NCBI GenBank assembly: GCA_037446635.1 | Contig: JBBIIG010000036.1 | Location: forward strand, 1-41,185 | From: a bacterium | GTDB taxonomy: Bacteria > Zhuqueibacterota > Zhuqueibacteria > Oceanimicrobiales > Oceanimicrobiaceae | Direction of reading: 5' to 3' | Length of the DNA stretch: 41,185 bases | Notes under the pieces: generated by a model | Told to the model about the DNA's origin: nothing | The model's input: the letters and a program-made list of their open reading frames with translations, nothing else | The model's database searches: none | Position numbers and translations under genes: made by a program | In this document: piece by piece, positions 26,254 through 34,320 of the stretch | How the letters are laid out: every line of letters begins with the position of its first letter | How positions within the stretch are numbered: the first letter of the stretch is position 1

Positions 26254-28050
26254 TCACGGCGTCGTCATCAAACGCGGCGTAATGAAAATCAGCAAATCCG
26301 TCTGCCGCACCGTTTTCGTTTTGTGACGGAACAGGTTGCCGATCAGCGGCACGTCGCCGAGCAGCCACACCTTATTCGTTTTATCAGTAACGCCTTCCTT
26401 AATTAATCCGCCGATCACCATGGTGTCATTGCTTTTTAAATTGACCACGGTTTCCACTTCGCGTTTGGAGGTGATGGGGGCGCTGTTTTCGCCGGCCACC
26501 ACTTGGCCGGTAATTTCTTCAATCACCGGATTGACGAACAAAGTGATGGTTTGATCTTCCGCCACGTGCGGCGTCACCCGCAGCGAAATGTTGACGTCGC
26601 GATATTCGAAGGTGACCACGTCGCCCTGCCCGCCGACGCCGCGGTTGATTTGCGGAATCGGCACGTTGGTGCCGACGCTGATGATCGCCTCCTGATTGTC
26701 CATCGCTAAGATGCGGGGGTTGGAAACCAGTTTGGAGTTGGTGTGAGATTGCAGAAAATCCAGCACCGCGTTGTACTCGCCAAAATTGAGGGTGCCGAAA
26801 TTCACGGCGCCGCCGGTCAGCGGCACTTCCGCCGTGTATTGAAACGGCTTGCCGGAGGGCAACAGCACTTCCTTAAAAATACTGGCGTTGATGGTCTTCG
26901 ACCAATCGATGCCCAATTTTTGCTCGTCCTGCGGCGCAATCTCAATGAGTTTCGCTTCGATCATAATTTGCGGCGTCGGCACATCCAGCGCCGCCACCAT
27001 CGCCTCGATCTGCCGCAAGTTGGCGGGCATATCGGTTACCACCAAAATGCTGCTGCGATTTTTCTTGGCGGCGGTCTGCCCCGGCTCCAACCCCTGCGGC
27101 GGATGAAAATCCTGATTGAAAACCTGCAGCTTTGCTTTTTCCGAAAGCATTTGCGAAAGCGTCGTCTGCAAGTTGCTGGCGTCCACGTATTTCAGCCGAA
27201 ACACTTTCGTTTCCAACTCCAGCAGCTCGAACTTCTCGCGCGGCTTCACCACGATCACCTCGCCCTGCACCGAATAATCAAAGCCGTTGGCTTTGACGAT
27301 CATGTCCAACGCCTCTTTGATGGTGACATTGGAAAGGCTCACCGTCACCGGCCCGGTGACATCGCGGCTGGCGACAATGTTTAGATTGGTTTGCTTCGAG
27401 AGCAGTCGCAGCACGTTGGCGATCTCCGCGGCTTTGACATCCAGCGAAATGCGCTCCCGGCTTTGCAAAACAGTCGGCAAACTCTGCAAAGGAAAAATGT
27501 CCACCGCACCGTTGCGGCTGCTGTGCGACGGGAACGTTGCGTCGAATGCGGCGTCGCCCATGATCGTCGCTGAGCCGTTGGCGCTTCTGGGCGGCGGCGC
27601 CAACTCTTTCAGATCGATGGCAAGCAAGCCATCCATCTTTTGGGTGATCTCGTACTCCATGACGCGGGCCAGCGCAAAAGTAACTTTCAAGATCCGCGGC
27701 GATGATTGCCACGGTTTGGCTTCGACCTCCTGCACCACCCGACGGTCGATTTTAATTTTGTGTGTGGGCAAATCCAACTGGCAATCCCGCAAATAGATCG
27801 CCAATTGCGGCGGCGATTCCTGAAACTGGCTGACGTACTTTCCGGTGCCGGGGCACGCCAGCAAAATGCGGTACGCGCCGCCGAGGTTGAACATTTCGAT
27901 GGATTGTAATTTGCCGGTTTGCGCCCAGGCGTTGGCGGCAACCAAAAGGGTGACGGCTGCGGCGCCGAAAAAATGGCGAAACAAGCCAACCGCACCTCTG
28001 AAATTCGATCGGTGATTTTTTATTCGAAGCAAGGTTTTATTCATTGTCAT
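26254..28050 (-). CDS. pilQ: Type IV pilus secretin PilQ
   Basis: Signal-like N-terminus, AMIN-like domain, STN (ISLDVK..VLRLLS), PQIMIEAKLIE, LGDVPLIGNLFR, LLIFITP. Confidence 0.92.
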   Translation of the reverse strand: MTMNKTLLRIKNHRSNFRGAVGLFRHFFGAAAVTLLVAANAWAQTGKLQSIEMFNLGGAYRILLACPGTGKYVSQFQESPPQLAIYLRDCQLDLPTHKIKIDRRVVQEVEAKPWQSSPRILKVTFALARVMEYEITQKMDGLLAIDLKELAPPPRSANGSATIMGDAAFDATFPSHSSRNGAVDIFPLQSLPTVLQSRERISLDVKAAEIANVLRLLSKQTNLNIVASRDVTGPVTVSLSNVTIKEALDMIVKANGFDYSVQGEVIVVKPREKFELLELETKVFRLKYVDASNLQTTLSQMLSEKAKLQVFNQDFHPPQGLEPGQTAAKKNRSSILVVTDMPANLRQIEAMVAALDVPTPQIMIEAKLIEIAPQDEQKLGIDWSKTINASIFKEVLLPSGKPFQYTAEVPLTGGAVNFGTLNFGEYNAVLDFLQSHTNSKLVSNPRILAMDNQEAIISVGTNVPIPQINRGVGGQGDVVTFEYRDVNISLRVTPHVAEDQTITLFVNPVIEEITGQVVAGENSAPITSKREVETVVNLKSNDTMVIGGLIKEGVTDKTNKVWLLGDVPLIGNLFRHKTKTVRQTDLLIFITPRLMTTP

Positions 28051-28519
28051 CTCTCAGTATCAGCGTTATGATTTTGCCTTTCTTTTTGCACACCACCCGG
28101 TTTTTATCGATATCCAGAACTTTTAAGTCGCCGATTTGATCGCCCTCTTTCATGACGTTGTCGCCGATGAGAACGTAGGCCTCGCTGCCCTTCCAGATCA
28201 CACCGCGCATGACGAGAGCGCTGGAATCGCTTTGGGTGGTGTCCGCTTTCGCCAAACGATAGCTTTCCGAAAACGGATCCCGCCCCCACGCGGCGAATTC
28301 AACGCGCCTTTCTCCCATTCGTTTTCTGATCGCCGCTGGCTTTTTTTCCACAGTGCTTTTCGGCGCTTCCGATGTGGTGGCGGCCGCTGTTTGCTTTTGG
28401 TCATCCTGAGCTTGCGCCGGCTGGGATTTGCTGCACACAAATTGATTCACCACAAAATAGACGAGCACGGCCGCGGCCACAGCCATCAAAACTTTCTCAC
28501 GTTTCTTCAGCTCTGCCAT
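28037..28519 (-). CDS. PilP/GspC-like protein
   Basis: N-terminal TM, low-complexity linker, GRDPF motif, beta domain; located between pilO and pilQ. Confidence 0.7.
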   Translation of the reverse strand: MAELKKREKVLMAVAAAVLVYFVVNQFVCSKSQPAQAQDDQKQTAAATTSEAPKSTVEKKPAAIRKRMGERRVEFAAWGRDPFSESYRLAKADTTQSDSSALVMRGVIWKGSEAYVLIGDNVMKEGDQIGDLKVLDIDKNRVVCKKKGKIITLILRDDNE

Positions 28520-29103
28520 GATTTCTGATCCTTTTCAGCGGGCGTCTGGCTCAAAAACAGCGCCAGGTCAACGTTGATCAAAACCTGCGGGAAAACGCTT
28601 TCTTCATAAATCAGCGAAAAATCCCCGAGCGAAACAAAAAACGGCAGCGCCGCCAGCGTTTCGATGAAGCGGCCGAAGTTTTTATAGTAGCCGCGAATCT
28701 GAAAGTGGACGATCAGCTTGATGATTTCCGCGTCCTGATTTTCCGGCTGCTGCACCAGCGCATTGTATTCCGGAATGATGGACACGAAGGTCAGGCCGTG
28801 GGCCGCGCCCCGCGCCTTTATTTCTGCGATGAGTTTTGGCAAATCGTCCTTGGGACGAACGCGCGCCGTGGTTTTTGCCAGCTCGAGCTGCAATTTTTCG
28901 ATCTGGGTTTGCAGCGTGGAAACTTGCACGTCGGTCACCCGCAAGCTCTGCAATTGCATCATCAGCTCCTCGGTCTGTTCTTTGAGCGCCTGCGATTTGG
29001 AGAGATCGGGGCGATACAAAAAAACATACCAGCCGACGCTGGCGCCGATCAAAACGGCGAGCGTCGCCAAAAAAGGCTTGAGTAAATCCATGATGGGTTT
29101 CAT
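28507..29103 (-). CDS. pilO: PilO-family protein
   Basis: TM, coiled coil, GYYKNFGRFIETL ferredoxin-like core. Confidence 0.85.
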   Translation of the reverse strand: MKPIMDLLKPFLATLAVLIGASVGWYVFLYRPDLSKSQALKEQTEELMMQLQSLRVTDVQVSTLQTQIEKLQLELAKTTARVRPKDDLPKLIAEIKARGAAHGLTFVSIIPEYNALVQQPENQDAEIIKLIVHFQIRGYYKNFGRFIETLAALPFFVSLGDFSLIYEESVFPQVLINVDLALFLSQTPAEKDQKSWQS

Positions 29104-29108
29104 TGCGT

Positions 29109-31682
29109 TTACAGCTCACACTCCAAGGTGAATGCCAGGTTGCCGTCGTCCAGAATTTTCTGATGCAGCAGGCGCACGCTGTAAAAATAATTGGCGCGCT
29201 CGAGCTCGAGCAGAAACTTCGCCAGGTTGATCCCTTCCATGGAATTATTTTGAAACGCCACGCCTTCGAGAACGAGGATTTCCTGGGTGTATTCCTGCTT
29301 CTGTTCGTTTTGCGCGCTGCGGTAGCGCATCTGCAGCGAAGTCAACGTCATGTTGGGCGGCAGCAAATTGCTGACGGCCTTCAAATGGCTGTCGCCGTCC
29401 AACCGCACATCAATTCGACTTTTATATAAATCGGCGCGCGCGCGAATCTCATTAAGGGTTTTCTGCAATTCCAAAAATTTTTCGCGCTTGGGCTTCACCT
29501 CGCTGAACTCGGAATTGATGCGCTGGAATTCGCGGTGAATGTCCCGCAGCTCGAACTTGATCTCCTGGGAGAACCACGCCATCGTCAACGTCAAAATGAC
29601 GAACAGATAGCGCAGCATTTTTTTGAAATGTTGCAGGGCGTGCGCGCCTTTGAGTTTTTTCGGCAACAAGTTGAGCGACGTTTTGCGATCCAACGCCAGC
29701 CCCAGCGCCGTGGCGAAGCGCGGGCCTAAGCTAAACAGCTCTTTGCTGTTTGCAAATTTCCCCGCCAAGATCGCTCGAAAGGGATTGAGCCTCTGCACGT
29801 CGGCGCTCAACTCCTGGCTTAGTCTTTCCGGCAGATTTTTTAGAAACGCGCCGCCGCCGGTCAAATAAATTTTTTCCAAAGCAGAAGCGCCGAACTTCTC
29901 ATTTACAAAATCCATGGTGCGGCGAATTTCGTTGACGAGCCGTTCCAGAACCGGACCCATCATCACCATAATTTCTTTAACCGGCACCCCCTCTTTTGTC
30001 AGCAACTCTTCTTCGACGGCGACGACGCCGTAATGACGTTTCAGCTTTTCAGCCTTCTCTTTATTGATGACGATTTCCTGGCCTTCGACAAAAATCGAGC
30101 CGGTGAGCGCGTCGGTGAAATCGTCGCCGCCGGTGGCGATTTCGCGGGCGAACAGCATTTGTCCGCCTTTGATAAAAATGAAATGAGTGGCTTTGCCGCC
30201 AATGTCGATGATCGCATAATTTTTGGCAGGGTCCGATTTCACCGTCTCTTTGAACAGTTGATAGAGCGCCGCCGGCAGCGTGGAAATTTTGGCTGGCGCG
30301 ATTTGCGCGTGCTTTAAAATTTCGAGGTGGCCGGCGATGACGTTTTCCGGCACGGCTGTCACAAAGACGTCGTATTTGCCCTGCTGCTGAAAATTCTTTG
30401 GGTTGAGAATTTGATATTCAAAAACCGTGGATTCCATGGGGAAGGGAAAATCTTTACGGCAAGCCCAAGGCACGGCCTTCGCCAGCTCTTTGCGGGACAT
30501 TTTCGGAAGCTGGATATTTTGGAAAAACACTTCCAGTCCGGAAACCGCGCTGGTGGTCAAGGTGTTTTTGAACGATTTGAGTTTGAAATGGCGGCTAATC
30601 GCCTCGCCAATGATGCGGCGTTTCTCCTCCTCGGACGCCTCGACCGGCAAAGGCGGCAGCGGGCGGATGCCGCAATCCACCAGCGTCAACCCACGCACGC
30701 TTTTTTTAAGCACGATATATTTCATGGCGCTGGTTCCGATATCCAAACCCAGCAGCCGAGTGTTTTCGAACAACGACCACAGTGAAAAGTTGACGGAAAC
30801 AACCGTCGGCGTTGATTTGCTATTGGGCTGCGGCCGCGGCGCGCTCTGCTGTGCAGCGATTTTTGTCGTGCGGCGTTTCTGGAATTCGCTGGCTTTTGAT
30901 TCCACCGGCTTCGCAAAAATGCTCAGCGGCTCGTCGGCGACCTCCGGCTCGCGGTCGCGGACCGGTGCCGCCTGCGGCGAGGGCGCCGGCTCCTCGGCCT
31001 GAACCGTGAACGGAGGTTCGTCATCTTTCAACGCCGCTTCTTCTTCGGATGGTGAAATAAATGGCGGCGGTTCAACCTCTGAGTCCGGTTCGGTTTGCGG
31101 CTGCGGCGGCAGGATCAGCGGCTCCTCTATTTCGGCCGGCAGGCTTTGAAATTCCACTTGTGTTAGACTACGTTTTGGTTTGTGCGAGCCCTGTTCGCGC
31201 GGTTTTCCCTCTCCTAATTCCGCGGGCAGACTTTGAAATTCTACTTGGGTCTCCGCGTCACTGTTTTGCGAAAACGCTGCTTCGGGTTCCGGCAGCGAAA
31301 AATTTAAATTTAATTCAGCCAGCGTGCTTTCGTCGAACGTGGGCGGCATTTCCTGATCGCGAGTTGGCAGGCGGTTTTCTGGCTGCGCGGCTTCGGCGGC
31401 CAAATCTAGCGGCAGCTTCAGCGCGTCTTCGTTGATATCGAAGCCGGGCTCGGCGCCATTTGCAGGAGCGACGGTGGGCTCGGGTGGGGAGTTCGGTGAG
31501 CCCGCGGCTTGCCGCGAAAATTTGTCGGCCAGCAGCAGCGAGAGATCGAGCAAGTCCGTCATCGCTGCCTGCTCCTCGATCTCGTTGAAACGCGGCTTTC
31601 TTTTCAAATTGCCGTTCTTCGAGTTGGGCGAGACCGCGGGTTCAGCGTCTAAAAAATCAAAATCGAGATTTTCGGTTTTCAT
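29109..31682 (-). CDS. pilM: PilM-PilN fusion with an acidic Pro-rich N-terminal extension of about 300 aa
   Basis: LGLDIGTSAMK, IIDIGG, YLTGGGA (actin-like PilM), then LNLLP, TM, coiled coil and PilN core. Confidence 0.88.
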   Translation of the reverse strand: MKTENLDFDFLDAEPAVSPNSKNGNLKRKPRFNEIEEQAAMTDLLDLSLLLADKFSRQAAGSPNSPPEPTVAPANGAEPGFDINEDALKLPLDLAAEAAQPENRLPTRDQEMPPTFDESTLAELNLNFSLPEPEAAFSQNSDAETQVEFQSLPAELGEGKPREQGSHKPKRSLTQVEFQSLPAEIEEPLILPPQPQTEPDSEVEPPPFISPSEEEAALKDDEPPFTVQAEEPAPSPQAAPVRDREPEVADEPLSIFAKPVESKASEFQKRRTTKIAAQQSAPRPQPNSKSTPTVVSVNFSLWSLFENTRLLGLDIGTSAMKYIVLKKSVRGLTLVDCGIRPLPPLPVEASEEEKRRIIGEAISRHFKLKSFKNTLTTSAVSGLEVFFQNIQLPKMSRKELAKAVPWACRKDFPFPMESTVFEYQILNPKNFQQQGKYDVFVTAVPENVIAGHLEILKHAQIAPAKISTLPAALYQLFKETVKSDPAKNYAIIDIGGKATHFIFIKGGQMLFAREIATGGDDFTDALTGSIFVEGQEIVINKEKAEKLKRHYGVVAVEEELLTKEGVPVKEIMVMMGPVLERLVNEIRRTMDFVNEKFGASALEKIYLTGGGAFLKNLPERLSQELSADVQRLNPFRAILAGKFANSKELFSLGPRFATALGLALDRKTSLNLLPKKLKGAHALQHFKKMLRYLFVILTLTMAWFSQEIKFELRDIHREFQRINSEFSEVKPKREKFLELQKTLNEIRARADLYKSRIDVRLDGDSHLKAVSNLLPPNMTLTSLQMRYRSAQNEQKQEYTQEILVLEGVAFQNNSMEGINLAKFLLELERANYFYSVRLLHQKILDDGNLAFTLECEL

Positions 31683-31720
31683 TTAGATGATTAAAAACAT
31701 TCCCTGTTTTAAAACGCTGA

Positions 31721-32530
31721 TCAACTTATCGGCAGGAAATCGGCAGGGTTGAGGGGGATCTCACCATCGGAGTTTTGCCTAAGCTCTTGATATATGGCAT
31801 ATTCGGCGGGAACCTCGACTCCGATGGCGCGCAGTTCATCAACGTTTTTGAAAACGTTCGCCGGCTGGTCGTCAAAGACGATGCGGCCGCGGTGCAAAAT
31901 CAGCAGGCGATCGCAGGCGAGGGTTTCTTCGGGGAATTGGGTGACGAGCAGCGCGGCGACGCCTTTTGAATGCAGCTCGGAAAGCAAGCGCAACACCATT
32001 TTGCGGGTGGGAAGATCGAGGAGGGAAGTGGGTTCATCAAAGATCAAATATTGGGGAGACATGACCATGACCGCGGCCAGGGCCAGGCGCTGCATTTCGC
32101 CGCCGGAAAGCAGATGCGGCGGGTGGCGGCGGTAGCGTTCGAGATGGAACTGCGCCAGCATCTCGTCTACGCGCCGGTGCATCTCGTCGTGGGGCACGCC
32201 CAAATTCTCCAACCCAAACGCAATCTCCCGCTCCACGGTGGTGGAGACGATCTGATTTTCCGGATTTTGAAACACCATGCCAACGCGGCGGCGGATTTCC
32301 GGCAGATTGTCGGGGTCGCTGGTGGAGAGGCCGTCCACCAAAACTTCGCCGGCGGTGGGGAGAAGCAGGCCGTTGAGGCAGCGCGCCAGCGTGGTTTTGC
32401 CGGCGCCGTTGGCGCCCATCAAGCCCACCGCCTCGCCCTCGTGGATGGCGAAGGTGACGCTGTCCAGCACGCGGGTGGGCGGTTGGTCCGGGCGGGTGTA
32501 GTCAACCGTCACGTTGTTGATTTCGATCAT
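31721..32530 (-). CDS. ecfA: ECF transporter ATPase (EcfA1/CbiO)
   Basis: GANGAGKT, VFQNPENQIV..TVEREIAFGLEN, LSGGEMQR, FDEPTS. Confidence 0.88.
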   Translation of the reverse strand: MIEINNVTVDYTRPDQPPTRVLDSVTFAIHEGEAVGLMGANGAGKTTLARCLNGLLLPTAGEVLVDGLSTSDPDNLPEIRRRVGMVFQNPENQIVSTTVEREIAFGLENLGVPHDEMHRRVDEMLAQFHLERYRRHPPHLLSGGEMQRLALAAVMVMSPQYLIFDEPTSLLDLPTRKMVLRLLSELHSKGVAALLVTQFPEETLACDRLLILHRGRIVFDDQPANVFKNVDELRAIGVEVPAEYAIYQELRQNSDGEIPLNPADFLPIS

Positions 32531-32581
32531 GTCAAAACAGAAGCGGAATATTGGTGATGCGAGGCGGGGGAGCTTCGATCT

Positions 32582-33544
32582 TCAATCTTCCTGGATCACG
32601 GCCTCCAACCCCTTCCCCTCCAGCGCAGCCAAATCGCTATCCACCCGCGCCTGCGCTTTCAATTTTGGATTCAACTCGACGGCTTGTTTCAACGCCGCGA
32701 GCGCATCCGCCTTTTTGCCAGCGGCGAGACGAATCACCGCCAAGTCGTACCAGACCTCGGCGTTGTCCGGCGCTAACTTCGCCGCCCGTTCCTGATGGGG
32801 CAGCGCCTCTGCGAATTTTTTCTGGGTGAAGAGCGTCCAGCCTTCGTTCCAGGCGTAATTCATTTGTGCGATGTTCAGCAGCCGCCCCAATTCCTGAAAC
32901 GGCTCGGGATGATCATCCACGCGGATGTCGATGGCGCGGTCGGTGTAGCCGCCGTAGCCGGCGCCTTTCTTTACTACCAGCAATGCCGCGGATTGCTTGC
33001 CGCGGGCGTCGCCGCCTTTGGTTTCGCCGGCCAACAAAGCCGCGTACAGCCGCTCCGCCAATGTGCCGGTGGTTTCGAGGAAAGTTTTTTCCATTGCCAG
33101 CACGACGTCTTCACCGGCGAGAATGTTGCCCTGCGCCGCGTAGTTGCGGCCAGCGCGACCGCCAGCCCACGCTAAACAATTCTCGCCCGTGTAAGTTGCC
33201 GATTTGCCATCGGCGCTGACGATGCCAAACTGCCGGCGGGTGGGATTATCATCGATCCGCAACAGTATGTTCACGATTTCTTCGGGCGTCGCGCCTTTTT
33301 CCAAAAGTTCGAGTCCCCGCCAGCCAAAGGTGGTGTTGGCAAAGGACTGTGTCGCCACCGCGCCGACGTCCGCTTTGGCCCACGGCACGACATTGCCTAC
33401 CGCAAAAAATCGGGACGCCACGGCCACGCCCAATTCGCCGGTGACGGAGTCGCGACCAACGATAGAGAAGGTGGCGAGGTTTTCTTGAGCGTGTAAGAGG
33501 TGAAGGCTAAATAGAATGAGCAAAATGGAAAAGTTTTTACGCAT
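32582..33544 (-). CDS. Secreted DUF1028 (Ntn-hydrolase-like) protein with C-terminal TPR
   Basis: Signal peptide, then ATFSIVGRD..TGELGVAVAS, GAVATQS, QGNIL, GGDARGKQSAAL, DIRVDDH; TPR tail; start at 33544 or 33562. Confidence 0.88.
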   Translation of the reverse strand: MRKNFSILLILFSLHLLHAQENLATFSIVGRDSVTGELGVAVASRFFAVGNVVPWAKADVGAVATQSFANTTFGWRGLELLEKGATPEEIVNILLRIDDNPTRRQFGIVSADGKSATYTGENCLAWAGGRAGRNYAAQGNILAGEDVVLAMEKTFLETTGTLAERLYAALLAGETKGGDARGKQSAALLVVKKGAGYGGYTDRAIDIRVDDHPEPFQELGRLLNIAQMNYAWNEGWTLFTQKKFAEALPHQERAAKLAPDNAEVWYDLAVIRLAAGKKADALAALKQAVELNPKLKAQARVDSDLAALEGKGLEAVIQED

Positions 33545-33574
33545 CGTGGGTTTCCTCCCCATTAGACTATCGCA

Positions 33575-33628
33575 GCAATTTCAATCCGCAATTTTTAATC
33601 TTCAATTATCGATTTTCGATCATCAATC
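33575..33628. repeat. Heptamer array (AATCNTC-like) following the duplicated pfkA tail
   Basis: caatttc aatccgc aattttt aatcttc aattatc gattttc gatcatc aatc. Confidence 0.75.
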
Positions 33629-33673
33629 CTATTCATCCCCCAACGACGTCCCAATCGCCCGCAACTTGATTTG
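33629..33673 (-). pseudogene. Displaced duplicate of the pfkA 3' end
   Basis: Reads QIKLRAIGTSLGDE* versus ARAVGTSFGDE* in pfkA; 28/34 nt identity between 33629-33662 and 34321-34354. Confidence 0.85.
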
Positions 33674-34030
33674 CTACTTCCTCTTGGGCCTAATACGAAC
33701 CATCCCTGGGGAGATGACGCTGAAGGCATCCGGCATTTCGGCGTCACGTTCGCCTACTACCTTTGAAACAATACTGGCTTTCGTATCAGGCAACAAACCA
33801 GCAAGACGAATTAGAATGACGCCAAGATGCACCAAGCGTTGTCGATACACCAGTTCGCCATAATCTTTGTCTAGTGTGACAAGCAGTGCCTGATGGTCAT
33901 TAGCTCATTGAAGCACAATATTGTCAGCGATGCTTGGCTCCATTTCAGCAACGTAGAGCACGTCATGCCCATCCTGACGGAGTTGGTCGACAATCTGTTT
34001 ATCCACCCCTTCATCAGCCAAGAGATTCAT
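33674..34030 (-). pseudogene. DUF5615/PIN-like (VapC45-type) toxin with in-frame TGA at codon 42
   Basis: MNLLADEGV...GHDV...DNIVLQ*ANDHQALLVTLDKDYGELVY...GVILIRL...RPKRK*; TGA at 33905-33907; the frame continues to TAG at 33674. Confidence 0.88.
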
Positions 34031-34263
34031 GCAGCCTGCTCAGCAATTGGGTAAACCACATCAGCCCGCAGCGCTTGCGCGGCAAACTCAATAGCCGCAA
34101 GAATCGCCGGTCTGGTCAGCCGCGGATGGGCTTCCATAATTTGTTCAATGGTTTCACCTGCACCGAGTTTTTCCAAAATCAACTCAACCGTGATGCGTGT
34201 TCCGGCGACCACTGGCTTGCCCATCATGATATTCGGATGAGACTGTATCAGCTGATCTTTCAT
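34027..34263 (-). CDS. DUF433-family antitoxin
   Basis: PNIMMGKPVVAGTRITVELIL motif; RBS GGAGGT before ATG 34263; ATGA overlap with the toxin gene. Confidence 0.92.
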   Translation of the reverse strand: MKDQLIQSHPNIMMGKPVVAGTRITVELILEKLGAGETIEQIMEAHPRLTRPAILAAIEFAAQALRADVVYPIAEQAA

Positions 34264-34286
34264 TTTACACCTCCACGAAACAACCA

Positions 34287-34320
34287 CATCAATCCTCAAT
34301 CATCGAATTTTCAATCCAAA
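34287..34320. repeat. Heptamer array following the pfkA stop
   Basis: catc aatcctc aatcatc gaatttt caatcc; similar to 33575-33628. Confidence 0.7.

Noticed and set aside
33905..33907. TGA as selenocysteine or recoded Trp/Gly
   Set aside because: TGA terminates many neighbouring genes, the position is not a Cys-type catalytic site, and I see no evident SECIS hairpin.
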